Assembly: GCA_002245135.1 (NCBI GenBank)
Contig: NGBS01000909.1
Coordinates: 1 to 41,908, forward strand
Length of the DNA stretch: 41,908 bases
Source: Proteromonas lacertae
Taxonomy: Eukaryota
Direction of reading: 5' to 3'
Shown: positions 1 to 12,803 of the stretch, one piece after another
How the letters are laid out: each line of letters opens with the position of its first letter
Position numbering within the stretch: the first letter of the stretch is position 1
Made by a program: the position numbers and the translations under genes
The notes under the pieces: generated by a model
The model's database searches: none
Told to the model about the DNA's origin: nothing
The model's input: only the letters and a program-made list of their open reading frames with translations

Positions 1-99
1 GATTCTGTAAAAGAAAAAGAAGAGATTGATGAAGATTTCTTAAAAGATTTTGATTTGAGTGATGATGATGATGATGATGAGATATTAAATACTAAATAA
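1..99 (+). CDS. 3' end of an upstream gene, acidic tail (DSVKEKEEIDEDFLKDFDLSDDDDDDEILNTK*)
   Basis: Open frame from base 1 to TAA at 97-99 with a poly-Asp run; TGTGTTT element downstream at 118. Confidence 0.7.
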   Translation, partial: DSVKEKEEIDEDFLKDFDLSDDDDDDEILNTK

Positions 100-236
100 A
101 CATTATTATTGAATATCTGTGTTTGAATGAATGAAAAATGAAAAAAACAAAAATGGCTTGTATTTGGCTTGATTCTCTTTTTTTATTTTGCGATTTTTGA
201 TTGAATGAGTTATGTATATTTTTATGCACACCATTA

Positions 237-1622
237 ATGTGTAATATTACTCAAAATAAAGCTAATAATGAGAATGATAAAAACAAAACAAAAAAGAATA
301 ACAAACTACATCTTCCTTTAAGTGATGATGGTTTATATGATGAAAAAATCTTAAATGAAAGATGTGATTGTAAAATAATAGTTTATAATGATAGTTGTGA
401 TAATAGTTCAACTCCAACAGTTTTCCAAGCCATATCTGGATTATTGAGTAGTGGTTCAAGTTACTTCAAACATATGTTATACAGTGATGATTTTAGTGAA
501 AGAGAAAAGAAAGAGATAGTAATAGAAAATATAAATGAAAAGATAGTTTTAATAATATTGAAATTTACATCTTGGCAAAGTATATATATATATATGAATC
601 AACTAAGGGATATACTAATAGATAGAATTAACAGATGAGAATATCTATGAAATATTTACAATAAGTGATTATTTTGATATAAAATCATTATACAGAATAT
701 GTTTAGAGTATTATCTATTTATTAATATATTTAGATTCTATTCAAATCATTTCACATTCAGAATATTTCTGTTTTTCAATGGTTTTAAATATTCTTGATC
801 CTAATGATTTTGTGATATATAAAGCCAAATTTATGAATTGGATAGATGAAAATAAAGATATTCTGTATTAAAGAATAATAGTAAATATTTGAGTTTTGAA
901 ATTCTTTTCAATATAATATTAAATAATGAGACAGTAAGTGTTTGTAATGAAGAATTATTAACAGAATGTGTAATAAATTGGTATAAATGTCAAAAAGAAG
1001 ATAAATTGGGAGAATTAAAAGAGTTATTAAAAATGATAAAGTGGAATGAAGTGAATAAAGAAATATGTATATTAAATTATGATGTTATTATTATATTTCA
1101 ATAGATTTAAAATATTTCAATAGAAATAAGATATTAGAAAAAGATGAATTAGAAAAGATAATAAAAGAAAGTAAATGTAAAAATCGAAAATACACAAATC
1201 AATGTTTATCAAAAAATGATGAATATAATGATATAAGTTGTTCAAAAATGAATGAAGTAGAAGAAATGATATTGAGATTTCCATTGAAAGAAGAGATATA
1301 TGAGATATTGTTAGAAAGATTGTATTTATATAAGAGATTGAAGAAGATAAAGATAATAGGAGAAATATCAATAAAAGAATGGAAATTATTATGTGAAAGA
1401 ATAAGTGAAAATCATTTGAGTTTGATAGAATTAATAGAATGTGAGAATATAGAAATGAATGATGAGTATTTGGAAAGTATATTAGAGATAAAGAGAAAGG
1501 AGAAAGAAGAAGAGAAAGAAGTAAATTTGTTGAAAATATTGAAATGTGTTAGTAATAACAAGTTCTCAACATCGAAATTATCAGAGATGAAAGAATATAA
1601 GTTAATTATCCAATATATATAA
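237..1622 (+). CDS. BTB/POZ-BACK domain protein, multi-exon, with apparent indel errors
   Basis: CDCKIIV...FQAISGLLSSGSSYFKHML...FSEREKKEIVIENI is BTB-like; LSFEILFNIILNNETVSVCNEELLTECVINWY is BACK-like. GT-AG introns near 569, 708 and 1067; frame breaks near 565 and 865. Start approximate. Confidence 0.7.
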
Positions 1623-1747
1623 TCTAAATAATATGAGGATGTTTTGTTTAAGAGAAAAAAGAAAAAGAAAATAATGAAACGAATATATTTTCATAAATAA
1701 ATCAAGCCAAACTCACTCTATTTTCAAAATTTGATTTTTCTCATTGT

Positions 1748-2318
1748 ATGGATTATGCTGATCAAGAATGTATGTTAGATTTGTTTACTGATCTACTATC
1801 GTATGATAATATAAAAGAAAATAACCCAGAAAAGGTGTTGAAAGATCTATGTGAAGTATAAATAATATTCTAGAAAATAGGAAAGTCAAAAAATACTTGA
1901 ATCATCGTTTAAAAGAAGTTATGAAAATATCTGTAATGAATTTCTTAGTTTATATGAACAATACAAAATAACTCATCAACAGCTTATGAAGAATAATAGA
2001 ATATCTGAGATAGAAATAGAAAGTGAAGGTACAAAGTTATATCCCTTTTATTGTCATTTTTATCATTTATTCCCTTTGAAAGTAGAAAATGAAGTAAAAC
2101 CCTTTAATTTTGAAGGATTGAATAATTGGTATAATGAAAGAAAGAAATGGGTTAAAACAACAACTTTAAATCCCAAAGTAATAAATATAGATCGAAATAT
2201 AATGTTAAATAATTTAATGCAATATGAAGATGTAAAACTTCGTGTAGCTATTCCTTTACAACAACTGATCGATATTTTGAATGAAAAATGGGAAATAGAA
2301 GATTTAGAAGAGTTATAA
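1748..2318 (+). CDS. DUF4050 / Gag1-like clamp domain protein
   Basis: ATG 1748; intron 1856-1880 (25 nt) joins to the 1986 ORF; C-terminal GLNNWYNERKKW...IPLQQLIDILNEKWE matches the family pattern as I recall it. Confidence 0.65.
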
Positions 2319-2445
2319 ATGTATATGTATATATGTATTTAATAATGTTATTTGTGTTACTTTGCTGTCTCACTCATAAAAGAAGAATATTTGATTTAAT
2401 TTTGACATGATTTGAGCAGGGTTTGATCAAAATAGAAAAAAAGAA

Positions 2446-3467
2446 ATGAATTTTTTGAAAGAATTAGAAGAAAATAAAAATAATTGTGTAATAGAAATAG
2501 GTAGTTATAGTATAAGATGTAATATCAGTGGTAAATCAACTCCATTTATTCTTGAAAGTCCAGTATTTTTCAAAATATTTACTTTGATAGATAAAGAAGT
2601 ATTTGAAATGTGATAATAATCCATTGATAAAAGAAGAATGGAATAATATCCTGTTACCTGTAATAAACCATATATTTTATCGGTATTTTGTTAGTTTATT
2701 ATTATTGATTGAATAGAGTATTGATGATTCGTCCAAGAGAATACAATGTATTTATTATACACAGTTACATGTTTCCAAATAATCTACTATCTTCAATAAA
2801 AGAGCTTTGTGAAGATTATATAAAAGTAGGTCATTTAATCTTAAATCCCAATTTCAGTTATTTGAGTGGTTTATATGGTGATGAAACTTATATGATAATA
2901 GATTTTGGTTATTATTCAATCAATATAATCGGAATAATAAATGGAATTCCAAATTATTCAAATATAGTTTATTTTAACCTGTTAAATGTGGAGAAATTAT
3001 CTTCAAAATTAATAAAAAGTTTAAATATAAGTGATGAAGAAAGTGGAATTGATTTATGGTTGAATAGTAATTGTGTAAAATGTGAAAATGATATTCCTGA
3101 TTATGAATGTATAGAATTATCATTTGAGAAAAGAATAAATGGTGAATTAAGAAGTAGTGGTTGGGAAGATATATTTAAATTAAATGATGAAGGAGAATGT
3201 TTAATAACAAAAATAATAGAATTTATAGAGAATAGTCCAATAGATAGTCGAAAAGAATTAATTAGTCACATTATGATATTAGGTGGTTTAAGTGAAACAA
3301 GTGGTTTATGTAAAAGAATAAAAATGGAATTAGATAGAAATGTTGAGATGAATCGATTAAATAAACTGAAAGAATATGTTGGTTTTAAAGATTGTGAATA
3401 TCCTCCTTGTTTAGTGTATTGGATGAGCTGTTCTTTATTAACTAGTTTATTATCCGTAAACAGATAA
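2446..3467 (+). CDS. ACTR10: Actin-related protein, most like Arp10/Arp11 (dynactin pointed end)
   Basis: N-terminal CVIEIGSYSIRC; IIDFGYYSINIIGIINGIP; SPIDSRKELISHIMILGGLS; two short introns (about 2563-2590 and 2684-2716) give a continuous frame. Confidence 0.7.
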
Positions 3468-3570
3468 AATTAAAATATTAGTAGTTGTTATTTGTGAGTT
3501 TAATAAAGAAAAAAATGAGAATAAAAAATATATCCGTTATCTTCGTGGTTTAATAGTGAAGAAAATATGA

Positions 3571-4611
3571 ATGATTGAAGTTGTTTTACTTATTATTTTA
3601 GTTTCAACATTCTTATATGGATTGAATTTAGTTGATATTGATATTTCAAAATCACTTTCGCTTGATGATAAAGAAAATGTGCTAAAAACTGATAAAAATC
3701 AACCAAAAAGATTTATTAGATATGTTCCATCTAATTTAGAAAGAAAATGGTATTCAATAATAAAATCACATCAGATTAATTCAGTTGAAGAATATTCTGT
3801 TTTATTTGACAAATATGAAGATAAAATATCATCTTTGCTTTCTTCAATTAGAAAATGTTTATCAAATAGAGGATATTCTTGTTATAATGATGATTTTTCT
3901 TATTTTATATTTGATATTAATGGAATGATTGAGAAAGAATATATTGAACCAATATTTGGTGTTTTTTCAATTCATTATCAACTTTATCAAGATTATGTTT
4001 ATGAAGATATATTCAATCAACACTTTATTATTCCTTCTCATAGAAACTCAAGAGAGAATCCAATAGTATATATTGATACAGATGCTTCATTATTTCACCA
4101 TTTTAACAAACAAAAACAACAATTTGAAGGAGTTAATCAGAGGTTTATTTACAATATTTATCATGATAAAATGAGAAGTTATTTCAAACAATGGTTTTTA
4201 TTTGATGAAAATATTCACAACAATACAAACATTTATAATCATTTACCAAATTCTCTCATTCCTATTTATCATTATTTCAATATCAAACCAGATTTATCAT
4301 CATCATCTCTTCTAAATCCACTCAATCTGTTGAAGAAATATAATGATGATGATAATTATTTAATTCTAAAGATGAATATTTCACAAGGAATAGATAAACA
4401 TTTGTTTCATAGAATCAAACATGATAAAGGATTAAAAATGAATGAACTATTCTTAACTTACACTCCTTCAACTCAAATTGATAATTTAAATGTATTTACA
4501 TTTTATTCATTTTATTAATAGTTTTCTCAAAATTCTCAACAAATGTTAGATTTAATGAGAGATTTGATTTATTTAAGACAAAAAGGAATAAGAACTCACA
4601 TCTCTTTATAA
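3571..4611 (+). CDS. Signal-anchored protein, degenerate FkbM/Methyltransf_21-like family
   Basis: Hydrophobic N-terminus; VYIDTDAS, NPLNLL...DDNYLILKMNI, NELF and terminal LRQKGIRTH resemble algal FkbM-like proteins; intron about 4492-4521; stop 4609-4611. Confidence 0.5.
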
Positions 4612-4680
4612 TTTATTTTTATATTCTACATTTGGGGATTAAACAATAAACAACAAATATAGATAAACACAAATTTTAGT

Positions 4681-6321
4681 TTATAATTTGTTTAGTAATT
4701 CATAAGATTTCATTATACATTCTTCTAAATCATCAATAACTATATTCTCCTTTTTATCTATTTCTTTTTCTCTTTCATCTCTATTTGTTTTTATAAATAT
4801 ATTTATATTATTATATATACAATTTATAACTTGAATAATACTTTGGTGGTGTTAAAAATGATTCTATTTCATTCATTTCTTCACATTCACCTTCATCTTC
4901 TATTATTGGTGTTTTATTCTCATTTGTCTTTATATTTATCTTACTCAATTCTTTCATCATTTCTTGAGAGGATTTATCTTTATAAGAAACATAATATTGT
5001 GGTTTTAACATCTCAGAATTATCAATTGATTCATTCTGTAATTCATTTGGAGAGATTATTTTGTGATTGTTTAAAATGTTGTTATTCTCTATTCTCCTTT
5101 TATTTTCTTTATCCAAATCTTTTGAACTGAATTTACATTCATTATTGAAATAACTTGGCCTTTGATAATAAGATTTATCTAATTATACAAATATTATAAC
5201 AATTATACGATGATATGAACATGATGTTATTCTTTTCTAATAAATAATAAATGATAAAAAATATATATACTGGTTTGGGTGAGATATATGTTTTTATTAC
5301 ACTTTCATCATCTCCTTCATTTTCTTCTTCAAAATGCAATGTATCAATATAATTAGAATTTGTATTTGGAATTTGAATATTGTCACAAATCATTTCAGAA
5401 TTAAATAATTGAATATAACATCTCTTTATTGAATTTATCATTGCATTTAATCGATTCTTTGGATTTTCATATTCATATTTATTCTTATAAATTCCTCGAC
5501 CAAATATTATCAATGATAGATGTATTAGAATATTCACAAAATTATTAAATGAAATTGATAATGATGGTATTTTAGGCTTTTTCAGATAATGAGGTGTTGA
5601 ATAATCTATTCTATTCATTATTATTATTATTATTATTATACAATTCATTCATTATTTTTACTTTATTAATATCTGTATTATTTACATTATATTCTATTAT
5701 CTTTATTAATTCTTTATTTCTTATATGCAATGGATAAATTTCACTTTTATTCAGAATATCTTCAAATTGATGTATTGTTAATTCAAAATTGGCTTTCATA
5801 TTGTTTTTCTATTTGATATACCATTCTAATTATATTCATACTGTGTAATATTTATATATTCTTCTTAAACCAGATTTATATCTTTCCATTTCAGGTTTTA
5901 ATACACTAATCATTTCACAAGAATTTTGGAAGAGATTTAATGAGTTTAATAATGGTGATAATGAAGATTCTATAAAGCGAGAATATGGTTGAATATCATG
6001 TTTGTATTTCATTCTTGCTAGTTCTTCGATTGATTCATAAAAGCCACTGTAAGGAATTGATCTATGATTATTGCCTTCTAGAGCATATTTTGAGGATTTT
6101 TCAAGGAATATATTTTCTATTACTTCTGAATTCATGAATCCACAGTCTTGAGCAAATCTGTCAAAGTCTTTCCAGTACATTACACGCAGATTATCTTCTC
6201 TTCTCTCTTTAGCATAATAATTAAACAATTCAAATGATATTTTAACCAAAGAATTGAATTTATTCATTTTAAATTTAAAAATATTCAAACAAGAATCAAG
6301 CGTATTTTCATTATTTCTCAT
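4681..6321 (-). CDS. p25-alpha/TPPP-like (EF-hand-like) repeat protein, about 6 exons
   Basis: WKDFDRFAQDCGF...IENIFLEK...IPYSGFYESIEELARMK resembles p25-alpha, with a second degenerate repeat. Five GTA..TAG introns join the ORFs at 5836, 5611, 5175 and 4811; stop at 4681-4683. Confidence 0.55.
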
Positions 6322-6393
6322 TTATTCGTGATGTAATAGTTTATCACTAAAACAAAAACTCTATACATTATTAATATATACCATTAATCCATA

Positions 6394-8724
6394 TTAGTAG
6401 ATTAAATTTACATTTGGATAAGAATCATGAAATTGTTTAATTATATCCTCTGAAATACTATTATCCTTTATATTAAGATCTTTTACATTAGACAACTCAC
6501 TCAAATGTAAGCACAATTCAGTCAAACCTGATTCCGTCAATCCACAACTCTCAATTTCAACATTTTCTAACATTTTGAGATTACTAAAAGAATTAATCAA
6601 ATATCCTAATCCTTCATCATTAAATGGATTAAAACACAATTGTAAATGTTTAAGATTTATTAGAGTTGATAAATTTTCACTCAATTTTTCAATCCCTTTC
6701 TCCGGAATAGTGTTGTGGTTTAAATTCAAAGTTTCTATCATTGGCATGTGTAATAATACATTACATAAATATGGAATACCTATAATACACATTTGTACAT
6801 CTAATATTAATATATAAATATTATATATATATATACTTTTCAATTTGAATGTCTTTAGACATGGAAAGGAAAATAATTGTGAACTTAAATAACACATTCC
6901 TCCAGTAAAGAATGATAAATCTAACATAATTATTATATATATATATAAATATACTAGACATATTTAATTCTTCTAAATTATAATATTCTTGTAATGGGCT
7001 TAAGCTATTACTATCATCAACTTCTGGATTTTCACTAAAATTTAAATACTCAATCTTATATGGATATAAAACCGAAGATAATAACATATTTAATGAATAT
7101 GAAAACAAATTTGTATCTTTTAAATTAAAGTATTTTAAAAATGTAAAAGTCTTCAAACTTAATGACAAATCAATAATATCTTCATTATTAAAATGATTTC
7201 CAGAAAAATTAAGCGCAGTAATAAAACGAAAACTATCAAAATAAGTTGAGAAATTTGAGATTATTCCACTTGAAAAATTATTTTCTATTTTTTATAAAAC
7301 AATATATATAAGATACTTTCAAATGAAATTTCATAACCATCATTAATACCATTTATAAATGTATTTGTTGTAGGTCTTAGCTTCAAATATGACTGGATTC
7401 TTGCTTTGTATTTCGGTTCTTCAAAACACATTAATATTGGTAATATAGAATCTGTCAAATTCTTATCTTTATTACATTCATATAAAACTCTAATAAATAA
7501 TTTATAATTTCTAGTAATATGCCTTATTAACACTCTATTTTTGATTTGAATATTATTCTTTATTAACGATAATGGATAATAAGCATCAGCTAATAATGAA
7601 GCTAATATTACATCTGTAAATTCTAATGATTGTTTAAATATTTCTTCATTCATTTCTTTTTCTTCTTTTTCTCGACTTCCATCTATTGATGATTGACATA
7701 GTGAAGCAAATAAATTACAACAAATTATTGTACAATTTGAGAAAGATGCTTTTGAAGCTGATTTATGTTTATACCTGTATTTACTCATATACATTGTATC
7801 TATATATATATATATATATATATATAATCAATATAATATACATTTCAATTCAATTAGTAATTCATTTGCTAATAACCGTGATTTTTGTGTTTTTCTTAAC
7901 AACTTTGATAATAAATTATTGATTGAACAATGCTTTATTTTATTATATTTTCCAATATGTATTTTTTCTAATAAATCTTTTGCATTAGCTGCATGGAATG
8001 GAGGAACTCCTCCACTAAAAATATAATATAATAAACAACCGACACTCCATATATCAGTTGATTCATCAAACTCTTTTTCTCTTAATATTTCTGGACTTTG
8101 GTAATTATTGAAATGTTTAATAAGTAAATAAGGTAATAAGCCATACCCTGTAACTAAAACTAAGTTATCATCCATAAAATTATCACATCTTAAGATTGAG
8201 GATGGTGATATATTACCATGAATTATTCTATTATCTGCAAATGCAGTTAATGTTGTTACAATCTGGATAGATAATTTATAACGGTAAGAATCTTCAATTT
8301 CCATCAGTTTCAGTGTAGCTATTGACCCCTGTGTTACATACGGTGAAAATAGAAGTAATGCATTATATTTATCAAAGTAGAATGGGTATATTTCACAGAT
8401 GTGAGGAAATTGTCTACAAGTAGCAGTAAGATCAATCTATTCATCATATAATTATATTTTTATATATATCTTATACATAATGACATATGGTAGATGTTTT
8501 TAAGTGGTTGGTAGAAATGTGAGTAATGGTTTGAAGTAGCGATGTCTCAGTGTTTCTAACTAAATATAAAGTAGAGTTGTCCTTTTTTCCAAGTGAAGAA
8601 ATAATCTAAAATACAGTAAAAAATTTAATACCTTATAACCAAGATTCTTTTCAAATGTTTCCTATAGATATGATAATCAATATATTATTTATACAAATGT
8701 AAACTTAGTGGGAATATCAGTCAT
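6394..8724 (-). CDS. Pseudokinase - helical region - RNI-like leucine-rich repeat fusion
   Basis: ATG 8724; about 7 introns join the 7828, 7285, 6821 and 6394 ORFs in frame. Kinase C-lobe YQSPE/DIWSVG present; HRD is HGN and DFG is GYG; C-terminal LxxLxLxxNxI repeats. Confidence 0.75.
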
Positions 8725-8755
8725 CTCTTTTCAAAAAGAAAAACACAGAATGGGT

Positions 8756-8775
8756 GTCCCAAAATGTTTTGGGAC
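8756..8775. promoter_or_regulatory. Perfect dyad GTCCCAAAA-TG-TTTTGGGAC in a bidirectional promoter
   Basis: 9-bp inverted repeat with a 2-nt spacer, in the 145-nt gap between divergent ATGs at 8724 and 8870. Confidence 0.4.
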
Positions 8776-8869
8776 TAGTAATAAAACCCCTAAAAAGACA
8801 AAATACAATAGAGTGTATTAACAAAAAAATACAATTAAATCCAACATTTGTTATATTGTAAATTGAAAA

Positions 8870-10211
8870 ATGACAACTTCATCTAACGAAATTCAATTGC
8901 AATTGAAACAACCATTAGTAGAAGAAAAGTGCAAACAAATATCACCTGACGAAATTCCAACTCAAACTGAACAAGATGCAGCAAATCTTGCTAATATGTA
9001 TTTTTTATATTTTATTTTATTTAATGAATAGTCAAAGAGTTAGAAAATCACAAAAGAAGTTTATGTTGGTAATTACTTTGAATATAATTTACATAATTGC
9101 TCAAATCATTGGAGGTCTTTTATCCAACAGTTATGTATGTTATTATTATTTTATATTTTTTATTTTATAGGCAATTGTGGGTGATGCAGCTCATGAATTT
9201 ACTGATTTAACAGGTTATGTGATTTCTCTTATATCATTATGTGTTAGTTTAAGACCAGCCAATAAGAAATATACCTTTGGATTCTATCGATTCGAAGTAC
9301 TTGGTTCAATATTAGCTGTATTAGTGATGTGGGTATTTGTTGTTGTTTTAATCTATGAAGCAATTGAAAGATTCCGAGATCTTGATAGTTATGAAGTGAC
9401 TGGTTATTTAATGTTTATATTTGCAATATTGGGTATTTTATTTAATGGAACATTTGTATTTATATTTGGACATAATCATGATCATGGTGGTGGTGGCCAT
9501 TCTCATTCACATGGACATGATCATAGTCACAATCACAAACATGAAGATGAACATAATGAACATCAACACAATGAACATGAACATGATCATAATGAAGAGA
9601 AGAAAGAAGAAGAATTAGAATCTCAACCTCACACAATGATAAATACTGGAGAAGTTCAACAAGCAATAGATTCAAAAGAAACAACGACAACAAGTGAAGT
9701 AAAACAACCAGAGAATAAAGTAAAGAAGTTTTCAGTTGATTTAAATGCAGCAGCTGGTCAATTAAGTGCTAGTATGGATGTATTACAGAGTTTAGGAATT
9801 GTAATAGCTTCAATAGTGATATGGATTGAACCAAAAGCTAAATGGCTTGATCCAGCTTGTAGTTTATTCTTTGCAGTAACAGTGTTAATAGCGAGTATGA
9901 GAAATATTTGGAGAGCATTAATGGTATTAATGGAATCTGTTCCAAGAGGTATAAATGTGCATGAGATAACGAATGATTTAATGAAGATAAATGGAGTAGA
10001 AAGTGTTCATGATCTTCATATTTGGTCACTTACTGATGGTGTTCCATGTTGTACTGTTCATTTAGGAGTAAATCCTGGTGCTTCTGTTTGTAGAATAATG
10101 GATGAAGCTTATAAATATTTCAATGATACAGGTATAACTCACTGTACAATACAATGTGAACATCTCTCTCATATGTTATATTGTGCTCATGAATGTAAAA
10201 CTGAGAAGTAA
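8870..10211 (+). CDS. Cation diffusion facilitator (ZnT/SLC30 type) with a long His-rich loop
   Basis: DAAHEFTD, YTFGFYRFEVLG, His-rich loop, DPACS, VHDLHIWSLT, THCTIQ; two introns (about 8998-9031 and 9135-9170). Confidence 0.92.
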
Positions 10212-10484
10212 ATATTGTTAATAAATTATATTATTATTATTATATTGATTCAATAAAGCAAACATGAAGATAAGCTTCATTTGAACATATATTCTACTAT
10301 TTACTCTTATATTATAACCATTATATAGATTATATTATTATGAACATATCGTTAATGTATTTTCATTATTGTAACATTTTTTATTTCATTTTTATTAAAA
10401 CAGAATCAAGCTTTTTAAAAAGTAATTCAAGCTTATATGATGAAAAAAACTTACACAAACATACATAGCATAAGTAATATATGT

Positions 10485-12608
10485 TCAATTTTGTTTGGAT
10501 ACTGACAATAGTTCAATAGCTGTATTTTGTCTATAAACATCAATATATGAATATAATGGAGAAGGTAAATCTTTAACAAGCAAAACAGGAAATGAATCAT
10601 TATGACTAATCCACCATTCTCTTTTATTCATATCAACAATTACTTCATAAATTGAATAATATCCACAATTACTAAAATTTGGATTTTTACTAACGATTGT
10701 TCCAATATGACAATATCTAGTGATATCTTGACTGTTACCATTGTATGCATAATAATTACATGTTGTTGATTGATTGTAAAGAGGATTGCCAGAATATGTA
10801 TTATCAGTTGATAATCCTATCATTATTTCATTGTGATTATCTGATTGATTTTGATGATGTTTATATTTAAAATTATAAACTCCTTTCTCCATTTTCAAAT
10901 TCAAATAACAATGATTCCAATAACATCCTTGTGTATTTGTCATTAGTTTTCCATTATTTGATATAGTTATTCCACCATTCTTATTTAAGTCTGTGAATAT
11001 AATTTTTAAAAATTCTAAAGATATTCTGAATTTCTTTTCATTTTTAGAATTTCTACATGTTATTTCATATTCTTTCTTATTTATTTCCCTTTCAACTTTC
11101 CCATGAATTTTTCCACTATCTTCATCTAATATTAATCCATCTGGTAAAAAAGGATTTATTGAAAATTTACATTTATTTCCATCAAATGAAGGAATTATTG
11201 ATAATTCTTCATTTAATCCAAATAAATATTCAGATTGAGGATAAGAAAATGATGTGATTTCTTTCACTTTTAATTCTTTTATCAATTCTTTGTTTACTAT
11301 TATTCTACTCATTTCTTCTTCTTCTTTTAAACTCAATTTCATTTCTTGAATATATTTTATCAATATTTCCTTTGATTTGGAATTTAGACAACACTCATTG
11401 TTTAAAATTCTATACAAAATTTCTTTTCCACAAATACATTTTATTGAAGAGATATATTCATTATCATCAACAAACAAACATAAACATTTTAATGTTCGAT
11501 TTCTTTCATTTTCTCCATACTCATATAATAATCTTCTTAACAGTTTATTCTTCATTTTATCAGGAATTATTTCTGATATTTTCATTTTTATTATTATGAT
11601 CAATACTATTTCCACCAATTTAGTATCTTTATCACATAACAATCTTATCATATCTTTTTTTACTTCATTTTTATTCAGAATTTCAATATCATTTTCACTT
11701 AATTTTATATCATCTACTTCTTCGATATAATATTCTTGAACAATTCTGATTAAATCTGTGTTTGATATTTCTTTTACTTTTATGCAATATAATCACTTTT
11801 TTTATTAAATATTTCTATCTTCAATTCTTTTAATACATTCACATTTTCTTCTTTGATTTCTTCTTTGTTTATTACATTTAATGGAATTCTTTCTTTTAAT
11901 GTGGATGTAAATTCATTTATTTCTTCTTCATTATCATCTTTACATTCTTTTAATACCATCCTATACCATTTCAATAATCGATTTAATAACCAAGTTTCAT
12001 CTATTATTATCAACTTTTTATTATTCAAGATGAATTTTAAAGCTTTTAAATTCAGTTTTAATAACAATTCATCTAAATAAACACAATTATAAATAATTAT
12101 ACCATCAGATATATATTTAAATCCATTTAGTTTTACATATTCTTCACTTATATCATGCAATTCATTCAAACTGTTGATATTTATATCATTTAACATTTCG
12201 AATATTTCGATCAATATTGATTCATTTATATGATTCTTTAAATATCTCTTACAGATTCTCATTATGCAATTATCATTGTAATACACATTAAACCTCAATA
12301 TATCACAGATATTACTCTCATTTAACTCCATACAACCTCCACTGTAGTATTTTTCTATCTCTAAAAATGAATTTATTTCACATTTTTCAAACAGCTCTAA
12401 GACTCCATTACTTTTATCATCCATCAATAACTTCTTGATTGTAGAATTTCCATTCATTAAAATACTTTTTATACATGTAACTTCTTCATTTCCTATTTTA
12501 ACTGTAATATCACCATAACCATTATTCACAAGGATTCGACTTAATCTACAAATCATAATATTATCATTTATACCCATTTTGACCTATCTCATTATCAATT
12601 ACTTTCAT
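10485..12608 (-). CDS. BTB-BACK - Ig-like (He_PIG type) - SPRY/B30.2-like protein; probably one gene across the frame break near 11780
   Basis: BTB GDITVKIGNEEVTCIKSIL; BACK-like DETWLLNRLLKWY; Ig-like FSINPFLPDGLILDEDSGKIHG; SPRY-like ITISNNGK...GVYNFKY...IMIGLS. The downstream frame is open from about 11793 to 10485. Start at 12577 or 12608. Confidence 0.7.
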
Positions 12609-12803
12609 TTTAGCAAAATATTGATTTTGGAACAGTTTTTAAAATAGATTCGTTTCATTTTTCATTCAAATCAGTTACATCGAATAAAATAAGAATGAGA
12701 TATGTTATGAATAAATGTAATTATGGAATAATGCTAGTGAGCATAAATTCAATGAAATATGTGAATTTTGAGTAAAACAAAAAAATATAAAAATATAATA
12801 GAA

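Noticed and set aside
10437..10505. Possible C/D snoRNA (ATGATGA...CTGA)
   Set aside because: No terminal stem or recognisable rRNA guide, it overlaps a CDS end, and such boxes are common by chance in AT-rich DNA
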